Part shown: positions 15,634 through 22,854 of the stretch, one piece after another
How positions within the stretch are numbered: the first letter of the stretch is position 1
How the letters are laid out: each line of letters starts with the position of its first letter
Source: Mycolicibacterium smegmatis
Lineage (GTDB): Bacteria; Actinomycetota; Actinomycetes; Mycobacteriales; Mycobacteriaceae
Assembly (NCBI RefSeq): GCF_001457595.1
Contig: NZ_LN831039.1
Coordinates: 4,230,001-4,262,000, forward strand
DNA: 32,000 bases
Reading direction: 5' to 3'
Made by a program: the position numbers and the translations under genes
The notes under the pieces: model-generated
Told to the model about the DNA's origin: nothing
The model's input: only the letters and a program-made list of their open reading frames with translations
Databases searched by the model: none

Positions 15634-17088
15634 GGCGGATTCAATCGGTGGTCGCAACACCGGCTTGATGAAGTGAGTGTAGGTGTTCGGCGAAGGCTTC
15701 CGCGGGAGTGCGCCAGCCGAGGGTTTTCCGCGGCCTGGTGTTGAGGGTATGGGCGATCGCTGCCACGTCCTCGGCCGACCATCTTGAGAGGTCGGTCCCT
15801 TTTGGAAAGTATTGGCGTAACAGGCCATTGGTGTTCTCATTGGTACCGCGCTGCCACGGACTCTTCGGATCAGCGAAGAACACCTTGACTCCGGAGGCGA
15901 CCGAGAACTGGGCGTGCGCCGACAGTTCCTTGCCCCGGTCCCAGGTCAACGACCGACGCAGTTGCGCGGGCAACGTGGTGATCGTCTGTTCCAGAGCGTT
16001 GGCCATCGTGATGGCGCCATAGCCGGCCAACGCCGGCCCGTTCTTGGTCCGCGGAATTATCCCGTAACCAACTTCACGTGGCAGATGGACCAGCATGGTG
16101 AACCGGCTGCTGCGCTCGACCAGCGTGCCGATTGCACTGCGCTGCAAGCCAATCAGGAGATCACCCTCCCAATGTCCGGGAACAGCGCGATCATCGACCT
16201 CGGGTGGGCGTTGGCTGATCAACGTCTCAGGGGTGACATGGGCCCACGCCTTGGACCGCGTTCGTGCCCGCGGTACCCGCAGTGCCCGGCCTCGGCGCAG
16301 GCAGCTGACCAGATCCCGCTTCAGCGCACCGCGAGATTCGACGTACAGCGCTTGATAGATGGCCTCGTGGCTGATCCGCATAGTCACATCATCGGGGAAG
16401 TCCAGCGGGAGCCGTCGAGCGATCTGTTCTGGACTCCATGCCTGCACCCAGGCCCGATCACCCCGGTGCGGCTTGTTGCGTCCCTTCCACGGGGCGGCGG
16501 CGGGACCGACGATGACCTGGCCATCAGCGCCGCGAACGACGCCGGACAGTTTGTCCTGGACGTACTGACGCAGCCGGTCGTTGCTAACGAGCTTGGCGGT
16601 CTTGGGGCGGCGGGCGCGCCGCTCGGCGTGCCACTGCGCAGTGGAGGCCTTATAGTCGAGTCGATAGGTGCGGGTCGAGGCATTGCGGCGCAACTCCCGT
16701 GAGATGGTCGACGGTGCACGCTTGAGCCGCCGGGCGATCTCACGCACCCCGGCGCCCTGGGCGCGCCACAACGCGATGTTCTCACGTTCATCCGAGGACA
16801 GGTAACGTCCCGAAACTGTTTCTGGCAAGCATGGATTCACTCCACCAGCGTGACGGAACCAGCGGAACCCAACCGGCGACGACACGCCCGCTTCGGCAGC
16901 GGCGTCCTCAGTCATAGCCCCCGCAGCGATCGCCGCCCAGAACCTCACCCGATCCTGACGCCACGCCACCGACGGCCGACCCGGAGACGGAATCTGTCCC
17001 CGATACAACCGAACCGCCCGCTGCCGATCCAACACACCCATTCCACACCTCCATAATCGAGGTGTTGCGACGATCAGTTGAATCCGCC
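15634..17088 (-). mobile_element. IS30-family insertion sequence, 1455 bp, apparently intact
   Basis: The 28-bp terminal IRs are GGCGGATTCAATCGGTGGTCGCAACACC (15634-15661) and the reverse complement of 17061-17088 (GGCGGATTCAACTGATCGTCGCAACACC), matching at 24/28. A 3-bp direct duplication TTG lies at 15631-15633 and 17089-17091. The element contains a single transposase ORF. Confidence 0.9.
15641..17041 (-). CDS. IS30-family DDE transposase, 466 aa
   Basis: ATG at 17039-17041 is preceded by GGAGGTG. The N-terminal HTH reads ERENIALWRAQGAGVREIARRLKRAPSTISRELRRN. The catalytic region contains HWEGDLL...LTWDRGKE...NENTNGLLRQYFPKGTDLS. The stop lies inside the IR. The 85-codon upstream extension in the ORF track (to 17296) runs out of the element into IS3 orfB in a different frame. 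Confidence 0.9.
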   Translation of the reverse strand: MGVLDRQRAVRLYRGQIPSPGRPSVAWRQDRVRFWAAIAAGAMTEDAAAEAGVSSPVGFRWFRHAGGVNPCLPETVSGRYLSSDERENIALWRAQGAGVREIARRLKRAPSTISRELRRNASTRTYRLDYKASTAQWHAERRARRPKTAKLVSNDRLRQYVQDKLSGVVRGADGQVIVGPAAAPWKGRNKPHRGDRAWVQAWSPEQIARRLPLDFPDDVTMRISHEAIYQALYVESRGALKRDLVSCLRRGRALRVPRARTRSKAWAHVTPETLISQRPPEVDDRAVPGHWEGDLLIGLQRSAIGTLVERSSRFTMLVHLPREVGYGIIPRTKNGPALAGYGAITMANALEQTITTLPAQLRRSLTWDRGKELSAHAQFSVASGVKVFFADPKSPWQRGTNENTNGLLRQYFPKGTDLSRWSAEDVAAIAHTLNTRPRKTLGWRTPAEAFAEHLHSLHQAGVATTD

Positions 17089-17724
17089 TTGCGAGCCCGC
17101 GTCGCTGTGGTGGATAAGTGAATCCAAAGATGCTGCACCCGAACGCTTTCTGGTGTCGATCGCATCGGTCACCAGCTTCTGGGTCATCTCGGTAGCCACC
17201 TTCCAACCCACGATCTTGCGGGCATAGACATCGGTGACGAACGCCGTGTAGGCCCAGCCGGCACGAGTCCGGCAGTAGGTGAAATCGGCCACCCACAATC
17301 GGTCAGGCGCACCGGCGACGAAATTACGCCGGACCCGATCCGGGGCTCGCGTCGCTGCCGGATCGGCGACGGTGGTGCGCACCCGCCGGCGCTTGCACGC
17401 ACCCCGCCAACCCATCTCCCGCATGACCCGTTCCACGACACAGCGCGATACGTCGATACCATTGGTGCGCAATACAATCCATGTCTTACGAGCGCCCAGG
17501 ACTCGGTACAGACTCTGCGATTGGCGAAGCTGCCAGATCGCATCGATCACCTGCGCATCGGCCCAGTCGGCTTTCGAGGGGCCCTGACGGGCGCGGTGGG
17601 CGTAATACGTCGACGGGGCGATCGTGACGCCGTACTCGGAAAGCACAGCGCACATCGACTCGACACCCCACTTGAGACCATCAACGCCCACCCGCATGTG
17701 CTGGTGGGCGCTGATGAACTCCAC
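17089..17724 (-). pseudogene. IS3-family orfB, 5' fragment
   Basis: ...DRLWVADFTYCRTRAGWAYTAFVTDVYARKIVGWKVA...LIHHSDAGSQ is then interrupted. The GGFN* tail in the track (17074-17088) is read from the IS30 IR. The frame is open upstream across the orfA stop, consistent with an OrfAB -1 frameshift fusion. Confidence 0.9.
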
Positions 17725-17726
17725 GA

Positions 17727-18053
17727 CTACTGAGAGGGCCGGTCGAGCTCGGCGGCGAAGAAAACCGAGGCCGCCTTCAAGATCGCGTTGGCCCGCTTGA
17801 GTTCGGCATTCTCCCGGCGCAGCTTGCGCAGGACCTCGGATTCCTCGCTGGTCTGCCCCGCCCGAGAGCCGGCGTCGATCTCAGCCTGGCGGACCCATTT
17901 GCGCACCGTTTCGGCAGTACCGACGCCCAGCAGGTCAGCAACCCGGCCCATCGCCTCCCACTCCGAAACTGTCTCGCTGCGCAGATCGGCCACCATCTGC
18001 ACCGCCCGCACCTTCAGCTCGTCTGGATACCGCCTCGATGACTTCGATCCCAC
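17727..18053 (-). CDS. IS3-family orfA (HTH/leucine-zipper protein), 108 aa
   Basis: The protein SRRYPDELKVRAVQMV...TVRKWVRQAEIDAG...LRKLRRENAELKRANAILKAASVFFAAELD is a typical IS3 OrfA. Confidence 0.9.
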   Translation of the reverse strand: MGSKSSRRYPDELKVRAVQMVADLRSETVSEWEAMGRVADLLGVGTAETVRKWVRQAEIDAGSRAGQTSEESEVLRKLRRENAELKRANAILKAASVFFAAELDRPSQ

Positions 18054-18147
18054 GTGCCCATCCTTCCCAACGGAAGAACTCTCCAGACACGCCGGGGCGG
18101 ATCAACCATAACCAAGTAGTCGGATTAATACGGCGAGCGCAGTCTGA

Positions 18148-18237
18148 GACGTCTGATGTAATCCCAGCTTCGTGTCATATATGCCAAAACACATGACATT
18201 TCGCTGGGATTATGACATCGAAATTGGGATTCTACAA
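18148..18237 (+). repeat. AT-rich repeat module, right copy (90 bp), immediately upstream of the arsR-like operon
   Basis: gacgtctgatgtaatcccagcttcgtgtcatatatgccaaaacacatgacatttcgctgggattatgacatcgaaattgggattctacaa. It equals the left copy plus a 14-bp insertion. The insertion creates a tandem pair ATGACATttcgcTGGGATT / ATGACATcgaaatTGGGATT. It contains TGTCAT-n14-ATGACA. Confidence 0.8.
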
Positions 18238-18284
18238 GCAGACGAAACTCCCCGTTTCGCGACGCTCCGAATATTCTCTTGCAT

Positions 18285-18291
18285 CTATATA
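18285..18291 (+). promoter_or_regulatory. candidate -10 element (CTATATA) positioned for a leaderless arsR-like transcript
   Basis: In gcatCTATATAgacaATG the hexamer ends 5-6 nt before the ATG at 18296 and no SD is present. This arrangement is common for mycobacterial leaderless mRNAs. Confidence 0.35.
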
Positions 18292-18295
18292 GACA

Positions 18296-18631
18296 ATGAC
18301 GCATACTCGAGACGTGGACGTCTTCGAGGCGATAGCAGAACCGAGCAGGCGCGCACTACTCGATGCCCTGGTCGACGGTGAACGCACGGCAGGCGAGCTG
18401 GTCGCGACGCTGCCCGAGCTGACGCAGCCGACGGTGTCGCGGCACCTCAAGGTGCTGCGCGAGGTCGGCCTGGTCGAGGTGCGGCCCGACGCGCAGCGGC
18501 GCATCTACGCGTTGCGCGCTGACGGGCTGATGCAGATCGACCGGTGGATCGAGCGGTATCGGCGTCATTGGATCGACCACCTCGACACCCTCGAGCGCCA
18601 CCTCGAATCCACCCACAAGGAGGCGAAATGA
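18296..18631 (+). CDS. ArsR/SmtB-family transcriptional regulator, 111 aa
   Basis: Winged-helix core FEAIAEPSRRALLDALVDGERTAGELVATLPELTQPTVSRHLKVLREVGLV. I saw no obvious metal-binding Cys pair. Confidence 0.9.
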   Translation: MTHTRDVDVFEAIAEPSRRALLDALVDGERTAGELVATLPELTQPTVSRHLKVLREVGLVEVRPDAQRRIYALRADGLMQIDRWIERYRRHWIDHLDTLERHLESTHKEAK

Positions 18632-19140
18632 CCGACCGCGAAGGAAAACTGACGATCGAGGGCGATCTGGCCGTGCTCCGATTCGAACGCCGTCTCCCCT
18701 ACCCCGTCGAGGCGGTGTGGGCCGCCATCACCGACCCGCAACAGCGCGGGCAGTGGCTGGGTGAGACCACGATCGACGCGCGCGAGGGCGGACGCATCGA
18801 GATGATCCCCGACGGACCGGGAGTGCCGACCGAACACAAGAAGATGACGGGCCGGATCCGTGTCTGGGATCCTCCGCGGGTTTTCGAGCACGAGTGGCAT
18901 CAGCCGATCCTGGCCGAAACCGGTTCGGTGCGTTACGAACTCACGCCTGACGGCGAGGGCACGGTGCTTCGCTTCACCCACCGTGGCCTGACCCCGCGCG
19001 ACGGGCAGGGCTTCCTGCCCGGCACCCACGCCTTCTTCGACCGGATGGAGGCGTACCTGGCCGGCGAGCCGTTGCCGGACTGGGCCACCAGATACCAAGA
19101 AGTCGCACGATCCAAGAACGGAGGAACCAACCATGCCTGA
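18628..19140 (+). CDS. SRPBCC-superfamily protein (Aha1/AHSA1-like domain), 170 aa
   Basis: ATG at 18628 overlaps the arsR stop (ATGA) and is preceded by AAGGAGG. The pattern LRFERRLPYPVEAVWAAITDPQQRGQWL...VFEHEW...VLRFTH is typical of ArsR-linked SRPBCC proteins. Confidence 0.8.
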   Translation: MTDREGKLTIEGDLAVLRFERRLPYPVEAVWAAITDPQQRGQWLGETTIDAREGGRIEMIPDGPGVPTEHKKMTGRIRVWDPPRVFEHEWHQPILAETGSVRYELTPDGEGTVLRFTHRGLTPRDGQGFLPGTHAFFDRMEAYLAGEPLPDWATRYQEVARSKNGGTNHA

Positions 19141-19771
19141 CACGCACAACGGAGCCGACATCGCGGCACCGAACGTCGCCGTGGTCTACCACTCGGGGTT
19201 CGGGCACACCGCAACCCTGGCCGACGCGGTCGCCGAGGGCGCCCGCGAAGCCGGTGCGGCGGTGGACCTGATCGCCGTCGCCTCGATGTCGGACGATGAC
19301 TGGGACCGGCTCGACAGCGCCGACGCGATGATCTTCGGCAGCCCCACCTATATGGGCAACGTCGCAGCGGCATTCCAGAGTTTCGCCGAGCAGACCGGCC
19401 GCCGCTGTGTCGAGGGCACTTGGCAGGACAAGGTCGCGGCCGGCTTCACCAACTCCGGGGGCAAGGGCGGCGACAAGCTCAACACCCTGATCTCACTCGC
19501 GGTCTTCGCCGCACAACACCACATGCATTGGGTCAGCCTGGGTTTGGGGCCGGGTTGGAACCACTCCATGGCCAGCGAGAACGACCTGAACCGGCTGGGC
19601 TTCTTCCTGGGTGCGGGCGCGGCCACCGACGTGGACCTCGACGCCGCATCGGTGCACCCCGCTGACGTCCAGACGTGCAGGCACCTGGGGCGGCGGGTCG
19701 CGCTGGTGACGCGTCAGCTCAACATCGGCCGCACGCTCACACCAGCGGCTTCAGCTCCTGCAGCATCGTAG
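19133..19771 (+). CDS. flavodoxin-like NAD(P)H:quinone oxidoreductase (WrbA-like), 212 aa
   Basis: VAVVYHSGFGHTATLADAVAEGA...ADAMIFGSPTYMGNVAAAFQSF...GFTNSGGKGG resembles WrbA. The start overlaps the SRPBCC stop (ATGCCTGA) with GGAGGA upstream. The last 35 nt overlap the convergent gene. Confidence 0.75.
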   Translation: MPDTHNGADIAAPNVAVVYHSGFGHTATLADAVAEGAREAGAAVDLIAVASMSDDDWDRLDSADAMIFGSPTYMGNVAAAFQSFAEQTGRRCVEGTWQDKVAAGFTNSGGKGGDKLNTLISLAVFAAQHHMHWVSLGLGPGWNHSMASENDLNRLGFFLGAGAATDVDLDAASVHPADVQTCRHLGRRVALVTRQLNIGRTLTPAASAPAAS

Positions 19772-21107
19772 GCACCAACTCGCTGACGGTGGGATGGATG
19801 TGCATGGTGCGCGATATCGCGGTATAGGGTTCCTTGGCCGCCATGATGTCGAGGATCGCGTGAACCACCTCGTCGCCACCCACCCCGAGGATGGCCGCGC
19901 CGAGGATCTCCTGTGTCTCGGCGTCGACGACGACCTTCATGAAGCCCTGCGTCTCCCCCTTCTCCACGGCACGCCCCACGCGCGTCATGGGACGCTTGCC
20001 CACCAACGCCTTTCGGCCTGACGCCCGTACCTGGGCCTCGGTCAACCCCGCACGCCCCAGCGGCGGGTCGATGTAGAGCGCGTAGGTGGGCACCCGGTCG
20101 CTGACCCGACGCGGATCATCGTCGAGCAGGTTGGCGGCGACGATCTCGAAATCGTTGTAGGACGTGTGGGTGAAAGCCCCCTTGCCGTTGCAGTCCCCCA
20201 TCGCCCAGATGTGCTCGACGTTGGTGCGCAACTGATCGTCGACGACGATGAAGCCGCGCTCGTCGACCTCGACTCCGGCCTTCTGCAGATCGAGATCGTC
20301 GGTGTTGGGCTGCCGCCCGACCGCGAGCAGCAGGTGCGTGCCGGCGATCGGTTGGGCGTCGTCGCGTGGAACGACGTCGAAACCGTTGTCACGCTTGGTG
20401 AACCGGATGCCGGTCGCGTCGAGCACCACGGTGATGCCTTCGGCCTCCAGGATGTCCCTGATCGCCGCGGACACGTCCTCGTCCTCACGCGCGGTCAGGC
20501 GCGGGCCCTTCTCGACCACGGTGACGGCCGCACCGAAGCGTCGGTACATCTGCGCGAACTCCAGCGCGATGTAGCTGCCGCCGATGATCACGAGATGTTC
20601 TGGCACCGAGTCGAGTTCGAGGATGCCGGTGTTGGTCATGTAGTCGATGCCGTCGAGGCCCGGGAACTCGGGCACCACGGCGCGGCCACCGACGTTGAGG
20701 AAGATCCGCTCTGCGGTGAGCCGTTCACCGTCGACGTCGACGGTGTGGGGGTCGACGAATCGGGCGTGGCCGCGGATCAGGGTGGCCCCGTCCATGCCTT
20801 CGATCCACGACTCGACGCCGTGCCGGTCGCCGAGCATGATCTTGTCCTTGCGGGCCTTGACCCTGGCCATGTCGACCGTGACATCGCCTGTGCCGACGCC
20901 GTATTCGCTTCCGCGACGCGCGAGGTGGGCGGCATGCGCGCTGGCGACCAAGGTCTTGGTGGGGATGCACCCGGTGTTGACGCAGGTGCCGCCGACGTAT
21001 TTGCGTTCGATGACCGCGACGGTCTGGCCGGCGTCGGTCAACCGTCCGGCCAGCGGTGGTCCGGCCTGGCCCGCGCCGATGACGATCGCGTCGAAGGTAC
21101 GTGCCAT
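19737..21107 (-). CDS. class I pyridine-nucleotide-disulfide oxidoreductase, RclA-like (often auto-annotated 'mercuric reductase'), 456 aa
   Basis: ATG at 21105-21107 lies 1 nt after the upstream stop. Motifs present: FDAIVIGAGQAG, the redox-active disulfide GGTCVNTGCIPTK, GRQPNT, IWAMGDC and the C-terminal HIHPTVSE. It has no N-terminal HMA domain and no C-terminal Cys-Cys, so it is not a true MerA. Confidence 0.8.
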   Translation of the reverse strand: MARTFDAIVIGAGQAGPPLAGRLTDAGQTVAVIERKYVGGTCVNTGCIPTKTLVASAHAAHLARRGSEYGVGTGDVTVDMARVKARKDKIMLGDRHGVESWIEGMDGATLIRGHARFVDPHTVDVDGERLTAERIFLNVGGRAVVPEFPGLDGIDYMTNTGILELDSVPEHLVIIGGSYIALEFAQMYRRFGAAVTVVEKGPRLTAREDEDVSAAIRDILEAEGITVVLDATGIRFTKRDNGFDVVPRDDAQPIAGTHLLLAVGRQPNTDDLDLQKAGVEVDERGFIVVDDQLRTNVEHIWAMGDCNGKGAFTHTSYNDFEIVAANLLDDDPRRVSDRVPTYALYIDPPLGRAGLTEAQVRASGRKALVGKRPMTRVGRAVEKGETQGFMKVVVDAETQEILGAAILGVGGDEVVHAILDIMAAKEPYTAISRTMHIHPTVSELVPTMLQELKPLV

Positions 21108-21108
21108 G

Positions 21109-21591
21109 TCACACCACCGCCGTGAGCGCCGCGATACCGAAACCGCCGAGGACGGCAACGGCGTCCTCCGACAACGCGATCGGAAGGTCACGCCCACCGG
21201 TCGCGGCGACGAGCCGTCGTCGGGCCTCGGCGCCGCCCAGAGTGCCGAGCACCGCGCCGATCATCCCGGCGCCCAAGCCGCCGAACTTGTAGCCCCATGC
21301 GGTTCCGATGACGGCCCCGGCGAACGCGCCGGTGACCAATCGCGTCCCGAACTGGATCGCGGTCTTGCGACTCGGGGTCTTCGGCAGCTTGTCGGTGACC
21401 AACTCACCCACGGCCAGGATCGTCAGAACCGTCACGGTGATCGGATGGGCCAGCCACTCAACCCAGGTGTTGTCCAGGTTGATCCACTGCAGCGCCGCGG
21501 CCCACGCCACCGCCGCCGGGGCAGTCATCGCCCGCAGGCCGGCCACCACGCCGATGAGAAGGGCCAACAACAGAACCAGAAAGTGCGTCAT
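21109..21591 (-). CDS. DUF4126-like integral membrane protein, 160 aa
   Basis: It has four hydrophobic segments, and the central GELVTDKLPKTPSRK loop is typical of DUF4126 as I remember it. GGAGG SD. It is coupled to the downstream reductase. Confidence 0.6.
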   Translation of the reverse strand: MTHFLVLLLALLIGVVAGLRAMTAPAAVAWAAALQWINLDNTWVEWLAHPITVTVLTILAVGELVTDKLPKTPSRKTAIQFGTRLVTGAFAGAVIGTAWGYKFGGLGAGMIGAVLGTLGGAEARRRLVAATGGRDLPIALSEDAVAVLGGFGIAALTAVV

Positions 21592-21654
21592 GGCAGCCTC
21601 CGCGGTGGGTTGTCACCCGGACGCTAACACGCGTGGCAGCCTCGCACCCGCCGA

Positions 21655-22527
21655 TCAGAATCGGCAGAACCGGATATCGGAGGCCAGAATCGCTTTCGCA
21701 CCGATGGCCGCGATCTCGTCCATGATCGCGTTGACGTCGCGTCGCGGCACCAACGCGCGCACCGCGACCCAGTCCGGATCGGCCAGTGGCGCGATCGTCG
21801 GCGATTCCAGACCCGGGGTCACCGCGGTGGCCCGATCCAAAACCGCACGCGGGCAGTCGTAGTCCAGCATGAGGTACTGCTGACCGAACACCACACCCTG
21901 TACGCGTGCTGTGAGCTGGTCGCGCGCCGCTGCGTTCTCGTCGCCGTCGGCACCGTCCCGTTCGATGAGGACGGCCTCGGACTCGCACAGCGGATCGCCG
22001 AACGCCACCAAATTATGCAGACCCAGCGTGCGACCGGAGCCGACCACGTCGGCGATGACGTCGGCGACGCCGAGCTGGATCGAGATCTCGACGGCGCCGT
22101 CGAGGCGGATCACCGTCGCGTCGATGCCGTGCGCCGCGAGATCCTTGCGCACCAGGTTGGGGAACGACGTCGCGATGCGCTTGCCCGCGAGGTCGGCGGT
22201 GGTCCACTCGCGCCCGGCGGGCGCGGCATAACGGAACGTCGAGTTGCCGAAGCCCAGCGAGAGGCGCTCGCGCACCGGGGCATCCGAATCGGCCGCCAGA
22301 TCACGCCCCGTGATGCCGAGGTCGAGCTGACCGGAACCCACGTAGATCGCGATGTCCTTGGGCCGCAGGAAGAAGAACTCGACGTTGTTGCCCGGGTCGA
22401 CAACCGTGAGATCCTTGGGGTCACGCCGGCGCCGGTAACCGGCCTCGGCGAGGATCTCGGCGGCCGATTCACTCAGCGCACCCTTGTTGGGGACCGCCAC
22501 GCGCAACATCTGGTCGGTCACGGTCAC
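21655..22527 (-). CDS. hisG: ATP phosphoribosyltransferase (long form)
   Basis: [14 protein letters not shown]...[16 protein letters not shown]...[16 protein letters not shown]...[23 protein letters not shown]...[11 protein letters not shown] is near-identical in pattern to M. tuberculosis HisG. GTG at 22527 overlaps the hisE stop (GTGA). ATG at 22509 (MLRV...) is the alternative and is the start annotated in M. tuberculosis. Confidence 0.95.
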   Translation of the reverse strand: MTVTDQMLRVAVPNKGALSESAAEILAEAGYRRRRDPKDLTVVDPGNNVEFFFLRPKDIAIYVGSGQLDLGITGRDLAADSDAPVRERLSLGFGNSTFRYAAPAGREWTTADLAGKRIATSFPNLVRKDLAAHGIDATVIRLDGAVEISIQLGVADVIADVVGSGRTLGLHNLVAFGDPLCESEAVLIERDGADGDENAAARDQLTARVQGVVFGQQYLMLDYDCPRAVLDRATAVTPGLESPTIAPLADPDWVAVRALVPRRDVNAIMDEIAAIGAKAILASDIRFCRF

Positions 22528-22805
22528 AGCTTCCGGTAGACGTCGTCGAGGGTCAGGCCGCGCGACACCATGAGCACCTGCGTCCAGTACAGCAACTGGC
22601 TGATCTCCTCGGCCAGCGCCTCGTCGCCCTCATGCTCGGCCGCCAGCCACACCTCACCGGCCTCTTCGAGGATCTTCTTGCCGATCCCATGTACGCCGGC
22701 GTCGAGCGCGGCGACCGTGCCGCTACCGGCAGGACGGGTCCGCGCTTTGTCGCTGAGCTCGGCGAACAAGGCATCGAAAGTCTTCACGAGCATGAATTGT
22801 TTCAT
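22524..22805 (-). CDS. hisE: phosphoribosyl-ATP pyrophosphatase
   Basis: [52 protein letters not shown]...[28 protein letters not shown] matches mycobacterial HisE closely. Confidence 0.95.
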   Translation of the reverse strand: MKQFMLVKTFDALFAELSDKARTRPAGSGTVAALDAGVHGIGKKILEEAGEVWLAAEHEGDEALAEEISQLLYWTQVLMVSRGLTLDDVYRKL

Positions 22806-22854
22806 GTCGGGCCAGGCTCACCGCCCGGGGTGCGCCGATGGGCGGCTGATGCCG

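Larger units (their letters stand above)
15295..18104 (-). mobile_element. IS3-family insertion sequence (about 1352 bp once the nested IS and its TSD are removed), inactivated
   Basis: It has TG...CA termini. The imperfect terminal IRs are TGATCCGCCCCGGCATGTCGGGAGGTTCT (15295-) and the reverse complement of 18104- (TGATCCGCCCCGGCGTGTCTGGAGAGTTCT). orfA and orfB lie in overlapping 0/-1 frames. orfB is split by the IS30-family element. The flanks (...GACAG | ACCAT...) show no direct duplication. Confidence 0.9.

Noticed and set aside
19737-21107. Mercuric reductase (MerA) and a mer operon next to an ArsR/MerR-like regulator.
   Set aside because: There is no N-terminal heavy-metal-associated domain and no C-terminal Cys-Cys pair (the protein ends ...MLQELKPLV). 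No merT, merP or merB genes are present, and the ArsR-like protein lacks obvious metal-site cysteines.
21591-21643. A 10-bp direct repeat TGGCAGCCTC at 21591-21600 and 21634-21643, between hisG and the DUF4126 gene.
   Set aside because: The first copy is simply the start codon plus SD complement of the DUF4126 gene. A single GC-rich 10-mer recurrence in 32 kb is compatible with chance.
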